The notes: generated from the sequence alone by a model not told the origin. A DNA stretch of 64,000 nucleotides from an uncultured Acidobacteriota bacterium (GCA_963801475.1 CAWDEX010000003.1:80904-144903), one strand, 5' to 3'. Shown: positions 18,250-27,486, numbered from the stretch's first letter. Translations and numbers: made by a program.

Positions 18250-21200
18250 GTGCAGCGGCGGGGGGATCCGCTCCATCACGCGATCGCCGCCGCGGAACCG
18301 GTGGCGCGCCTCGCGGCGCGGCTCGAGGAGGGAGTCCTCGGGACGCGGACGGGACTCGTGTCTCTCGTCGGGGCGCCCCCGGGGCTCCTGCCGTACCTCC
18401 TCGACGCGGCGGGGGCGGCGGCCGGCCTCCGCTTCACGGTCGTCTTCGCCCACGAGCGCGATGCCCTCGCCTTCCGGCGCGACGCCGAGGCCGTGCTCGG
18501 TCTCTCGAGGGTGGCCTACTTTCCCGCCCCGTCCCTGACGCCCTATCAGGGGATCGCGCCCTCTCTGAAGGTGCGGCGCGAGGAGTTCGGTGCGCTCGCC
18601 CGACTGCGGCTCAGGGAGCCCGACCTTCTCGTCGTCCCCGCCCGCGCGCTCTTCCGCATCCTCCCTCCTCCGGAGGACTTCGCCCGCCGCTGTCTCCGGT
18701 TGGCGGCGGGCGACGCGGGTGCGCCGGCGCAGCTCGTCGCGCCGCTCCTGACCGAGGGATACCTCCGGGCGGACCTCGTGACGGAGTGCGGCGACGTGGC
18801 GGTTCGCGGCGGGCTCGTCGACGTCTTCCCGCCGCACCTCGGAGAGCCGGTCCGGATCGAGTTCGACGGCGACCGGGTGGCGTCGCTCCGGACCTTCGAT
18901 CCCGACACGCAGCGGTCGACGGGAACGCTCGAGACCGTCCTTCTGCCGCCGATGGCCTCGACGCCCGACACCGCCGGGACGCGGGACGCGGCCCGACGGG
19001 TCCTCGACGACTGCCGGACGGGAGACGACGAGCCGCCGGTGCCGCGCGATCCCTCGCTCGCCCGGAAGAGCGACGGGCTGGAGGAGCTGCTGCCGCTCCT
19101 GGCCGGCTCCGGCGCGGCCTCGCACGTCCTCGATCACGCGGGCTCGTTCCTCCTCGCGGTGGACGACCCCGACGCCGTCGCGCAGGAGCTGTTGGCCGCC
19201 GCCGACCTCCTCCGGCTCGACTACGAGCGGGCCCGCGCGTCGGGACGGGTGGTCCCCGACCCGATCCGGCTCGGCGGCGACCCGGGGGCCGTGGCGGACC
19301 AGGTGGCGGCCCGGACGCTCCTCGCTTTCGCGCCCGCCGTCCCGGTCGGAGAGGTCGTCGCGCTGGGCGCCGAGTCGGTCGTCTCGTTCGAGGACCGTCT
19401 CCCCGACGCTCCGAAGGAGATCGCCCGCGCGCGCCGCGACGGCCTCGCCGTCGTCCTCGCCGCGCCGTCGAAGGGGGAGCGCGAGCACGTCGAGCGGCTC
19501 CTGTCGGAGTACGACGTGGACCATGCCGGCGAGGCGATCTCACCCCTCGCGCCCGGCTCGTGCCGCGTCGCGGACGGCGGGCCGGCATCCGGCTTCACCT
19601 TCCGCGCCGCCGGGCTGCTCCTGCTCACCGCATCCGACCTGTTCGGCGAGCCGCGGGCGTGGGCGCCGAAGCGGAAGGCGGCCTCCGAGGCGTTCCTCTC
19701 GGACCTCCGCGACCTGAAGCCGGGCGACGTCGTCGTCCACCGCGACTACGGCCTCGGGAAGTTCGCGGGCCTCGTCACGATCGACGACGCCGGCGTCCTT
19801 CGCGAGATGGTCGACCTCCGCTACGCCGGGGAGGCGAAGCTCCTCGTCCCGGTCGAGCGGCTCGACCTGATCCAGAAGTACTCCTCGGCCGGCGACGGCG
19901 CGCCGCCGCCGCTCGACCGACTCGGCGGGGCCGGCTGGGAGAAGCGGAAGTCGAAGGTGCGGAAGGCCGTCCGCGATCTGGCCGACCAGCTCGTGAAGCT
20001 CTACGCGCAGCGCGCCGCCGCGGCGGGGCACGCCTTCTCGAAGGACTCGCCGTGGCAGAAGGAGTTCGAGGACGCCTTCGAATTCACGGAGACGCCGGAC
20101 CAGGCGGCCGCCATCCGCGACGTGAAGCACGACATGGAGTCGGAGCGGCCGATGGACCGGCTCCTCTGCGGAGACGTCGGCTACGGCAAGACCGAGGTCG
20201 CCATGCGGGCGGTCTTCAAGTGCGTCCTCGACGGGAAGCAGGCCGCCTTCCTCGCGCCGACGACGATCCTGGCCGACCAGCATTTCCGGACGCTGAAACG
20301 CCGCTTTGCGGCCTTTCCGGTCACGATCGACCTCCTCTCGCGCTTCCGCTCCCCCGACGAGATCAAAGGGGTGCTCCGCCGCCTTTCGGAAGGGACGCTC
20401 GACGTCGTCGTCGGCACCCACCGGCTCCTCTCGAAGGACGTCGCGTTCCGCGACCTCGGCCTCCTGGTCGTCGACGAGGAGCAGCGCTTCGGCGTGGCGC
20501 AGAAGGAGCGGATCAAGGAGATGCGGACCTCGGTCGACGTCCTCTCGATGTCCGCGACGCCGATCCCGCGCTCGCTTCACCTCTCGCTCGCGGGGATCCG
20601 CGAGCTGTCGGTCATCGAGACGCCGCCGAAGGACCGGCTCGCCGTCGCGACGCACGTCGTCCCCCTGGGTGACGAGGTCGTGCGGGAGGCCGTCGCCGCG
20701 GAGCTCGAGCGGGGCGGCCAGGTCTACGTGGTCCACAACCGGATCGGCGGCCTCGGCGCCTGGCGCGAGAGGCTGGCGGAGCTGGCGCCGCGGGCGAAGG
20801 TGGCGGTCGCCCACGGCCAGATGTCCGAAGGGGAGCTCGAACGGGCCATGCGGGCGTTCGTGACGCGGGCGGCCGACCTCCTCCTCGCCACGACGATCGT
20901 CGAGAACGGGCTCGACATCCCCGCGGCGAACACGATGCTCATCGACCGGGCCGATCTCTACGGCCTGGCCCAGCTCTACCAGCTCCGCGGGCGGGTCGGG
21001 CGGAGCGACAAGCCGGCCTCGTGCTGGCTCCTCGTCCCGCCGGGTGCGCCGCTCTCGGACGACGCGCGGCGGCGCCTCCGCGTCCTGCAGGAGTTCTCGG
21101 ACCTCGGCGCGGGTTTCCGGATCGCCGCGAAAGACCTCGAGATCCGCGGGGCGGGCTCGCTCCTCGGGGCCGAGCAGTCGGGGCACATCGAATCGGTCGG

Positions 21201-21765
21201 CTTCGAGACCTACGTCCGGCTCCTCGAGGAGGCGATGGCGGAGACCCGGGGCGAACCCGCTCCCGAGACGCGCGACGTCACGCTGCAGCTCGGCCTTCCG
21301 CTCGCGCTCCCGCCCTCGTGGATCCCGGACGAGAGCCTCCGGATGGCGCTCTACAAGCGGATCGCGGCGGCTCCCGATTCCGCCGCGCTCGAGGCCGAGG
21401 CGGCCGGGGCCGCGGACCGGTACGGCGCCCCGCCCCCGGAGTTTTCCCGGCTCCTCGACGTGGCCCGGTTACGCTTGTTCGCGCGGGCGCTCGGCGTGAA
21501 GGCCGTCCAGCGCCGCGGCGACGAGATGCACGCGACCCTCGAAAAGGACCACCGGCTCGACCCGGACCGGGTGCTCGCGCTCCTCCGGAAGGGAGAGCTC
21601 GCTGCCGCGGGTCCGGACGCGTTCCGCCTGCCGCGGGCCTTCGCCGGCGCGGCGCCGCACGGCGAAGAGGTCTGCGTTCGGGCGGCGCGGCTCCTCGCGT
21701 CGCTGTCGCGCCCCGCCGCCCGCGACACGCTCCCGGCGGCCTTCGCCGGGGGGGAGGCGGCGTGA
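18250..21765 (+). CDS. mfd: transcription-repair coupling factor Mfd
   Basis: 1171 aa. It has superfamily-2 helicase motifs 'LLCGDVGYGKTEVAMRA', 'LLVVDEEQRFGV', 'VLSMSATPIPRSL' and 'QLRGRVGRS', and the TRCF C-terminal region. Confidence 0.9.
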   Translation: MQRRGDPLHHAIAAAEPVARLAARLEEGVLGTRTGLVSLVGAPPGLLPYLLDAAGAAAGLRFTVVFAHERDALAFRRDAEAVLGLSRVAYFPAPSLTPYQGIAPSLKVRREEFGALARLRLREPDLLVVPARALFRILPPPEDFARRCLRLAAGDAGAPAQLVAPLLTEGYLRADLVTECGDVAVRGGLVDVFPPHLGEPVRIEFDGDRVASLRTFDPDTQRSTGTLETVLLPPMASTPDTAGTRDAARRVLDDCRTGDDEPPVPRDPSLARKSDGLEELLPLLAGSGAASHVLDHAGSFLLAVDDPDAVAQELLAAADLLRLDYERARASGRVVPDPIRLGGDPGAVADQVAARTLLAFAPAVPVGEVVALGAESVVSFEDRLPDAPKEIARARRDGLAVVLAAPSKGEREHVERLLSEYDVDHAGEAISPLAPGSCRVADGGPASGFTFRAAGLLLLTASDLFGEPRAWAPKRKAASEAFLSDLRDLKPGDVVVHRDYGLGKFAGLVTIDDAGVLREMVDLRYAGEAKLLVPVERLDLIQKYSSAGDGAPPPLDRLGGAGWEKRKSKVRKAVRDLADQLVKLYAQRAAAAGHAFSKDSPWQKEFEDAFEFTETPDQAAAIRDVKHDMESERPMDRLLCGDVGYGKTEVAMRAVFKCVLDGKQAAFLAPTTILADQHFRTLKRRFAAFPVTIDLLSRFRSPDEIKGVLRRLSEGTLDVVVGTHRLLSKDVAFRDLGLLVVDEEQRFGVAQKERIKEMRTSVDVLSMSATPIPRSLHLSLAGIRELSVIETPPKDRLAVATHVVPLGDEVVREAVAAELERGGQVYVVHNRIGGLGAWRERLAELAPRAKVAVAHGQMSEGELERAMRAFVTRAADLLLATTIVENGLDIPAANTMLIDRADLYGLAQLYQLRGRVGRSDKPASCWLLVPPGAPLSDDARRRLRVLQEFSDLGAGFRIAAKDLEIRGAGSLLGAEQSGHIESVGFETYVRLLEEAMAETRGEPAPETRDVTLQLGLPLALPPSWIPDESLRMALYKRIAAAPDSAALEAEAAGAADRYGAPPPEFSRLLDVARLRLFARALGVKAVQRRGDEMHATLEKDHRLDPDRVLALLRKGELAAAGPDAFRLPRAFAGAAPHGEEVCVRAARLLASLSRPAARDTLPAAFAGGEAA

Positions 21766-22625
21766 GGCTGCGGCCCTTCCTCGGCGTGCTCGTTCTCCCG
21801 GGGGTCGTCCTCCTTCCGGCCTGCACGAAGCGGGTGCCGCGGCCGGCGGCCGACCCCTCCGTGGTCGCGCTCGTCGGCGGCCGTCCGGTGAAGTGGGACG
21901 ACGTGGCGGTCTACCTGAAGGCCGCGGCCGGCGAGGAGCCGAAGGACGTGGCGCCGCGCGTCGCCTCGAGCCTTCTCGACCAGTATCTCGACGAGCTTCT
22001 CCTCGACCGGGCGGAGGAGGACGCGGTGCCGCCTCCGGAGGGGAACACGGCGGCCGAACGGCGACGTTCCCTGATCGCGCGACAGGCCGGCGTGGAGGCG
22101 ATCTCGGAAGACGACCTCCGGAGGGAGTACGCCTCTCACGCGGACCGGTACCGCCGACCCGCGCTCATCCGCGTCTCGCAGCTCTTCTTCCGGAGCCGGG
22201 AGGCAGCCGAAGCCGCCCAGAAACGGCTCCAGGCGGGGGAGCCGTGGCCGGAGATCTCACGGACGCTGAGCCTCGCCCCGAACGCGGCGACGGGGGGCGC
22301 GCTCGGGCTTCTCTCGCGGACCGACCTGCCGCGCGAGTTCGAGAAGGTGCTCTGGGGCCTGTCCGCCGGCCAGACGACCGGGATCGTCGCGGCCCCCCAT
22401 GGCTTTCACATCCTCCGGGTGGACGAACGCTTCGAGTCGCGCGACATCCCCTTCGACGAGGCGAGATCGGCCCTCCGCCTCTCCCTCGCCGAGGATCGGA
22501 GCCTGAAAGCCGCGGCGGATCTCATCTCCGGGGCGCGGCAGCGGCATCCGGTGACGGTCGTGGAGGAGCACCTGCCGTTTCCGTACGTCGGGACGAATCC
22601 GCGGTACGTGGCGTCCTTACGGTGA
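21762..22625 (+). CDS. PpiC/parvulin-type peptidyl-prolyl isomerase lipoprotein (PrsA/SurA-like)
   Basis: Its GTG start overlaps the mfd stop (GTGA). It has a lipobox 'LLPAC' and a parvulin domain 'RVSQLFFRS...GGALGLLSRTDLPREFE...GIVAAPHGFHILRV'. Confidence 0.65.
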   Translation: MRLRPFLGVLVLPGVVLLPACTKRVPRPAADPSVVALVGGRPVKWDDVAVYLKAAAGEEPKDVAPRVASSLLDQYLDELLLDRAEEDAVPPPEGNTAAERRRSLIARQAGVEAISEDDLRREYASHADRYRRPALIRVSQLFFRSREAAEAAQKRLQAGEPWPEISRTLSLAPNAATGGALGLLSRTDLPREFEKVLWGLSAGQTTGIVAAPHGFHILRVDERFESRDIPFDEARSALRLSLAEDRSLKAAADLISGARQRHPVTVVEEHLPFPYVGTNPRYVASLR

Positions 22626-22655
22626 GCGGGCCCCGAGTTCGCTAGACTCCGCGCC

Positions 22656-24302
22656 GTGACGCCGAACCGGCACGCCCGTCAGACCTTGTCGATCGTCCTC
22701 GCGCTCCTCGCGGCGGCTTCCGCGCCGGCCGCGGAGACCGTCGAGCGCATCCTCGCCCACGTCAACTCCCGGATCGTCACACAGAGCACCTTCGACGCCC
22801 GCTACGAGCAGGCGATCCGGGAGCAGGGACCGCCGGCCAACGCCGCGCGCGCCGACGAACTGAAGAAGGCCCTCTTTAACACGCTCGTCAACGAGGCGCT
22901 CCTCGAAGACCGGGCGCGCGACCTGGACCTGATCACGAACGACAAGGAGATCGAGGAGCAGATCCGGCGCCTCAAGGAGGAGAACAAGATCACGAGCGAC
23001 GCGGACTTCGAGAAGGCCCTGGAGTCCCAGGGGCTGACGCTCGAGAAGCTCCGCGACCAGCTCCGGAACGCGGGAACCGTGCAGCGCGTCGTCGGCCGCG
23101 AGGTTCAGAGCAAGGTCGACACGTCGGACGACGCCCTCCGCATCATCTACGAACGGGAAAAGGAGTCTTACCGGATCCCGGAGAAGGCCCGGCTCGCCGA
23201 GATCCTCGTGTCGCGCGGGGACGACCCAGCCGCCGCGCAGCTGCGTGTCCAGGCCGCCGTGGACAAGCTTCGGAGCGGCGCGAAGTTCGAGGAGGTCGTG
23301 AGGGAGTATTCCGACGGATCGACGAAGAACCGCGGGGGCGACCTCGGATGGGTGAGCCGCGGCGAGCTGGTCGTCGAGATCGACAAGACGGTCTTCTCCC
23401 TCCCGGTGAACACCGTCTCGGACCCGATCGCGACCAAGTTCGGCTGGCACCTCGTCAAGGTGCTCGAGAAGGCTCCCGTCTCGTACAGGCCCTTCTCCGA
23501 GGTGAAGGCGGAGATCCTGAAACGGGAGCAGGAGACGCAGTTCCAGAAGAAGCTCGCCGAATACCTCGAGAAGCTGAAGCGGGACGCCGTCATCCGGGTG
23601 GCGCCCGAGATGGCCGCCTACTACACTCCGCCGGCGCCGTCCCCCGATGCCGCAGTCTCGGTCCTGGCGCCGGGCGCCACCCCGTACGACGTGCCGCCTG
23701 TCACGCCGGGAAAAGCCCCGCGGGACTACGGTTTCGAGATCACGCCGACGGTCGGCTATCGCTTCGGCGGCACGACCTCGCAGCTGGCGAACTCGTACAT
23801 CGAGATGATCGGCGTGCCCGCCTCGATGAGCTGGGGCGCCACCGTGGAGTACCGCCTCTCCGACAAGTGGAACCTGGAGCTGCTCTGGAGCCACCAGGAC
23901 ACGGAGCTCCAGGCCAGGTTCACCTCGCTCGGGGAGGGCTACGACCGGAAGATCTCGCACCTGAACATCGACACTTTCCAGATCGGCGCCATGTGGCTGT
24001 CGGGAGACTCCTCGAACTCCGCGCGGCTCTACCTGGACCTGCTCTTCGGAGCGACGCTCCTCACGCCGTCTCCCGAGTTCACGTCGGTGCTGCGCTTTTC
24101 GGGGACTTTCGGCGGCGGGGTCAAGTACTACTTCACCGACCATCTCGGCGCCCGGCTCGGAATCCGTTGGATGCCCGTCTACATCAACTCGAAGAGCGCC
24201 GGCTACGGCAGCTGCAGTCCGTATTACGGCTGCTACACGTACTGGGGCTCGAACTACCTGTCGCAGGGCGACGCCTATTCGGGCCTCATCCTGAAGTTCT
24301 GA
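22656..24302 (+). CDS. SurA-like chaperone/parvulin PPIase fused to a C-terminal outer-membrane beta-barrel-like domain
   Basis: It has a signal peptide, a SurA-N-like region 'ILAHVNSRIVTQSTFDARYEQ', a parvulin domain 'AEILVSRG...GGDLGWVSRGELV...FGWHLVKV' and a Pro-rich linker. A ~190-aa C-terminal region follows, with alternating-hydrophobic beta-strand patterns and an aromatic-rich end '...YSGLILKF' (terminal Phe). Confidence 0.65.
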   Translation: MTPNRHARQTLSIVLALLAAASAPAAETVERILAHVNSRIVTQSTFDARYEQAIREQGPPANAARADELKKALFNTLVNEALLEDRARDLDLITNDKEIEEQIRRLKEENKITSDADFEKALESQGLTLEKLRDQLRNAGTVQRVVGREVQSKVDTSDDALRIIYEREKESYRIPEKARLAEILVSRGDDPAAAQLRVQAAVDKLRSGAKFEEVVREYSDGSTKNRGGDLGWVSRGELVVEIDKTVFSLPVNTVSDPIATKFGWHLVKVLEKAPVSYRPFSEVKAEILKREQETQFQKKLAEYLEKLKRDAVIRVAPEMAAYYTPPAPSPDAAVSVLAPGATPYDVPPVTPGKAPRDYGFEITPTVGYRFGGTTSQLANSYIEMIGVPASMSWGATVEYRLSDKWNLELLWSHQDTELQARFTSLGEGYDRKISHLNIDTFQIGAMWLSGDSSNSARLYLDLLFGATLLTPSPEFTSVLRFSGTFGGGVKYYFTDHLGARLGIRWMPVYINSKSAGYGSCSPYYGCYTYWGSNYLSQGDAYSGLILKF

Positions 24303-24312
24303 CCGGAGAGGC

Positions 24313-25449
24313 TCAGAGAGCGAGCAGGCCGGCCCGCCAGCGCGAGATGCCGGCGGCGGCGGCGAGGCGCTCGGGGCTCGAGGGCCGCTCCACGAGGAGG
24401 GCGCGCGCCGCGGCCGTCAGGACGGCCCGAGACGCGAGGACGCCGGGGTCGAGGCCGAGCGCCCGGGCCTTCCGGTCGCGCTGCTTCTTCATCTGATCGA
24501 CGGTGCGCTCGAGCTCGGGATCGGCCTCGGCCGCCTCGCCGCGCCGCGGGGCCGGCCAGGCCGACGGCGGCAGCCGGCGCGTCGCGTCGAGAACGCGCCG
24601 GAGCTCGGTGGCCAGGGCGCCCGGGAGCGGGCGAGGGCCGGGAAAGAGCCTCAGGAGGTCGCCCTCGCCCGCGGCGGCGAGCCGGGCGGCCGGGAGGAGG
24701 CGCTCGTTCGTCATCACGCGGAAGGGGGGGAGGTCGAGGTCCCGCGCCCGGGCCTCGCGGACCTCCCAGAGAGCGCGGACGAAGGCGCGCTCTTTCGCCG
24801 AGAGCGCGTTCGTCCCCTTGAGCCGCCAGTCGTTCTCCGTGTCCGCCGCGCGCTCGCGGGGAAACGGGGCGGCCGCGAGACGGGCGCATTCCTCCTCGTG
24901 CCAGGCGAGCCGCCCGAGGGCCGCGAGGTCGCTCTCGAGCGACGCCACGAGCGCGGGGAGGTACGCCACGTCGGCCGCGGCATAGGCGACCATGCCGGGC
25001 GGCAGCGGCCGCGCGCTCCAGTCGGCCCGCTGATGCACCTTGTCGAGCGCCACCCCGAGCCGCTTCGACAGGAGGGCCGAGAGGCCGATTTCCCGTTCGC
25101 CGAGGAGCTGCGCCGCGATCATCGTGTCGAAGAGCGTGCCGGCGCGGAAGGCATGGTCGCGATAGAGGAGGCGGAGGTCGTAGTCGGCGCCGTGCATCAG
25201 GAGACGCCGCGGCACGAGGCGTTCGAGGAGCGGTGCCAGCGCGACCGGGCCGAGCGGGTCGACGAGGAAGACCTCTCCCGCCACCTCGAGCTGCACGAGG
25301 CAGATCTTCTCGAAGTAGTGGTGGAACGAGTCGGCCTCGGTGTCGAGCGAGACCGGAGCCGGAGCGAGCGCGTCCAGCCGGGCCAGGAGCGCCGGGAGAG
25401 AGGCGGGATCGTCCACGAGGGCGGCGGGGCGCGGGGCGTCGGAGGTCAC
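24313..25449 (-). CDS. rnd: ribonuclease D (DEDDy 3'-5' exonuclease + HRDC)
   Basis: 'VSLDTEADSFHHYFEKICLVQL', 'HGADYDLRLL' and 'YAAADVAYL' exonuclease motifs, and an HRDC-like C-terminus. The start is uncertain; the GTG near 25449 is preferred over the track ATG at 25563. Confidence 0.7.
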   Translation of the reverse strand: MTSDAPRPAALVDDPASLPALLARLDALAPAPVSLDTEADSFHHYFEKICLVQLEVAGEVFLVDPLGPVALAPLLERLVPRRLLMHGADYDLRLLYRDHAFRAGTLFDTMIAAQLLGEREIGLSALLSKRLGVALDKVHQRADWSARPLPPGMVAYAAADVAYLPALVASLESDLAALGRLAWHEEECARLAAAPFPRERAADTENDWRLKGTNALSAKERAFVRALWEVREARARDLDLPPFRVMTNERLLPAARLAAAGEGDLLRLFPGPRPLPGALATELRRVLDATRRLPPSAWPAPRRGEAAEADPELERTVDQMKKQRDRKARALGLDPGVLASRAVLTAAARALLVERPSSPERLAAAAGISRWRAGLLAL

Positions 25450-25511
25450 GGGAACGGGGAGGGTAGCACCCCGCAAAACCTTCCACAGCGGGACCTTCGT
25501 TCCTTTTCTCC

Positions 25512-25540
25512 TTGACGGGGGGACCCTGGGGTTCGATACT
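25512..25540 (+). promoter_or_regulatory. sigma70-like promoter of the dcw operon (TTGACG-N17-GATACT)
   Basis: TTGACG at 25512-25517 and GATACT at 25535-25540 with a 17-nt spacer, about 92 nt upstream of the mraZ ATG. Seen directly in the sequence. Confidence 0.5.
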
Positions 25541-25545
25541 CGCCG

Positions 25546-25580
25546 GTGGAAAAAAGTGGTCATCTGTGGTGCATCGTGGG
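25546..25580 (+). promoter_or_regulatory. putative MraZ operator: four direct GTGG(N) repeats at exact 10-bp spacing
   Basis: gGTGGaaaaaaGTGGtcatctGTGGtgcatcGTGGGctg, with repeat starts at about 25546, 25556, 25566 and 25576. It sits between the predicted -10 and mraZ. MraZ operators are described as TGGGN-type direct repeats with 10-bp periodicity. Confidence 0.55.
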
Positions 25581-25631
25581 CTGCGGAGGCTCCCGAGGGC
25601 CCACAGGGGCTCCCGTTTTCCGGGAAGGAAC

Positions 25632-26078
25632 ATGGAGCGGCTTCGAGGCAGCGCGGAGACGACGGTGGACGAGAAGGGCCGGTTCAAGGTGCCGGCCATC
25701 TTCCGCGAGCCGATCGAGGAAACGTGGGGGCCAGATTTCTTCCTGACCTCGATCACCGGAGGCGACGTGCTCGTCTATCCGATGCCGGTCTGGAACGTCT
25801 TCGAGGAGAAGCTCGCGGCGCTGCCGCCGGTCCACCGGGCGCGCTCGAAGTTCCTGGAGCGGTTCAACACCTTCGGCCAGCCCGTGAAGATGGACCCGCA
25901 GGGGCGCCTCCTCATTCCGTCGCTCCTCAGGGACGTGGCCGGCATCTCCGGCGAGGCGCTGGTACTCGGGCAGACGGACCACCTGAAGCTGGTGAACAAG
26001 ACGAAGCACCTGAAGGCCCTCCGGGCCGAGAAGCTGACGGATGAGGACTACGACGCGCTGTCGCGCCACCTGCTCTGA
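25632..26078 (+). CDS. mraZ: transcriptional regulator MraZ
   Basis: It starts at the internal ATG (MERLRG...). It has two MraZ/SpoVT-AbrB-like repeats with 'DEKGRFKVP' and 'DPQGRLLIP' (the DxxxR motif occurs twice). The track ORF 25512-26078 has a spurious leader. Confidence 0.85.
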   Translation: MERLRGSAETTVDEKGRFKVPAIFREPIEETWGPDFFLTSITGGDVLVYPMPVWNVFEEKLAALPPVHRARSKFLERFNTFGQPVKMDPQGRLLIPSLLRDVAGISGEALVLGQTDHLKLVNKTKHLKALRAEKLTDEDYDALSRHLL

Positions 26079-26093
26079 GGACGGAGGAGACCG

Positions 26094-27047
26094 GTGCACG
26101 TTCCGGTCCTGCTCGGCGAGGTCGTCGCGCTCCTCCGGCCGGAGCGGGGCGGGACCTTCGTCGACGCGACGCTCGGCCTCGGCGGGCACGCCGAGGCGCT
26201 TCTCGAGGCGTCGCCCGGCGTCCGCGTGGTCGGAATCGACGCGGACCCCGAGGCGCTCCTCCTGGCGCGCGAACGCCTGGCCCGATTCGGAAGCCGTCTC
26301 GTTCCCGTCGAAGGGCGCTACGAGGAGCTCACGGCCCACCTCGACCGCCTCGGGATCGCCGAGGTGGACGGCGTCCTGGCCGATCTCGGGGTGTCTTCGC
26401 TTCAGCTCGACCGCGCGGAGCGGGGGTTCTCGTTCATGAAGGACGGGCCGCTCGACATGCGGATGTCGAAGGCGGGACCGTCCGCGGCGGATCTCGTCAA
26501 CAGGCTGCCTCGGGAGGAACTCTCGCGGATCTTCCGCGAGTACGGGGAGGAGCGAATGGCCGGACGCATCGCCCGGGAGATCGCGGAGGCGCGCGCGGCG
26601 GCACCGGTGTCCACCACGGGGGAGCTTCGGCGCCTCGTGTTGAAGGCCACGGGGCCGAAGCGGGAGCGCCACAAGGACCCGGCGACGCGCGTCTTCCAGG
26701 CTCTCCGGATCGCGACGAACCGCGAGCTGATCGACCTCGAACGATTTCTCGACGACGCCATCGCGCGGCTCGCGCTCGGCGCTCGCGTCGCGGTGCTCTC
26801 GTACCATTCGCTCGAGGACCGGATCGTCAAGCGCGTCTTCGCGCGCCACACGGCCGGCTGTACCTGCCCGCCGTCCTTTCCCGTCTGCGTCTGCCCCCGG
26901 CGCCGGGTGATGGCGCTCGTCACGAAGAAGCCGATCCGCCCCTCGCTCCCCGAGCTGGCCCAGAACCCCCGCGCCCGCTCCGCGCGCCTGAGGGTCCTGG
27001 AGCACGCCCTCGAGGAGAACGGGCGGCCGGGTCCGCCGCCGCGGTGA
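26094..27047 (+). CDS. rsmH: 16S rRNA (cytosine1402-N4)-methyltransferase RsmH (MraW)
   Basis: 'VPVLLGEVV', 'FVDATLGLGGHA' and 'LADLGVSSLQLD' match the canonical RsmH motifs. GTG start. Confidence 0.9.
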   Translation: MHVPVLLGEVVALLRPERGGTFVDATLGLGGHAEALLEASPGVRVVGIDADPEALLLARERLARFGSRLVPVEGRYEELTAHLDRLGIAEVDGVLADLGVSSLQLDRAERGFSFMKDGPLDMRMSKAGPSAADLVNRLPREELSRIFREYGEERMAGRIAREIAEARAAAPVSTTGELRRLVLKATGPKRERHKDPATRVFQALRIATNRELIDLERFLDDAIARLALGARVAVLSYHSLEDRIVKRVFARHTAGCTCPPSFPVCVCPRRRVMALVTKKPIRPSLPELAQNPRARSARLRVLEHALEENGRPGPPPR

Positions 27048-27060
27048 GGGGGGGCGGCCC

Positions 27061-27486
27061 ATGGCCTACGCGGTCCGCCGGCCCGTCGAGAACGTCTACC
27101 TCGTCCGCGAGCGCGACCGGAAGAGGACGCGGGAGTTCGCGGCTCTCGCCCTCGCGGCCGTGCCGCCGATGCTCGTTCTCTTTGCCGCCATCTGGGCGAA
27201 TCTCGAGACGGTCCGCCTCGGCTACCAGCTCGCGACGGTGGGAAAGCAGCGCGAGATGCTCCTGGAGCGGAACCGCCAGCTCCGGATGGACCGGGCCCAG
27301 GCCACGTCGCTCGCACGGGTCGACGAGATGGCGCGGCGGAGCCTGGGCCTCGTACCGCCCGCTCCCGAGCAGATTCTCCTGATCGGGCGCGGGACGTCCG
27401 GCGCGGCGGGAACCGTGCCGACGCCGCGCCGGGCCGCACCCGCGGCACCGCCCCCGACGCCCGACTCGACGGAGGAGGGCTTCTGA
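27061..27486 (+). CDS. ftsL: cell division protein FtsL-like
   Basis: 141 aa. It has a single TM segment 'ALALAAVPPMLVLFAAIWA' followed by a coiled-coil-like region, and it sits in the ftsL position between rsmH and ftsI. Confidence 0.55.
   Translation: MAYAVRRPVENVYLVRERDRKRTREFAALALAAVPPMLVLFAAIWANLETVRLGYQLATVGKQREMLLERNRQLRMDRAQATSLARVDEMARRSLGLVPPAPEQILLIGRGTSGAAGTVPTPRRAAPAAPPPTPDSTEEGF

Noticed and set aside
18069-20672. An 867-aa plus-strand ORF, plus the 18223-19524 and 19540-21186 minus-strand ORFs across mfd.
   Set aside because: They are out of frame or antisense to mfd, whose frame carries all the helicase motifs. Their products are low-complexity.
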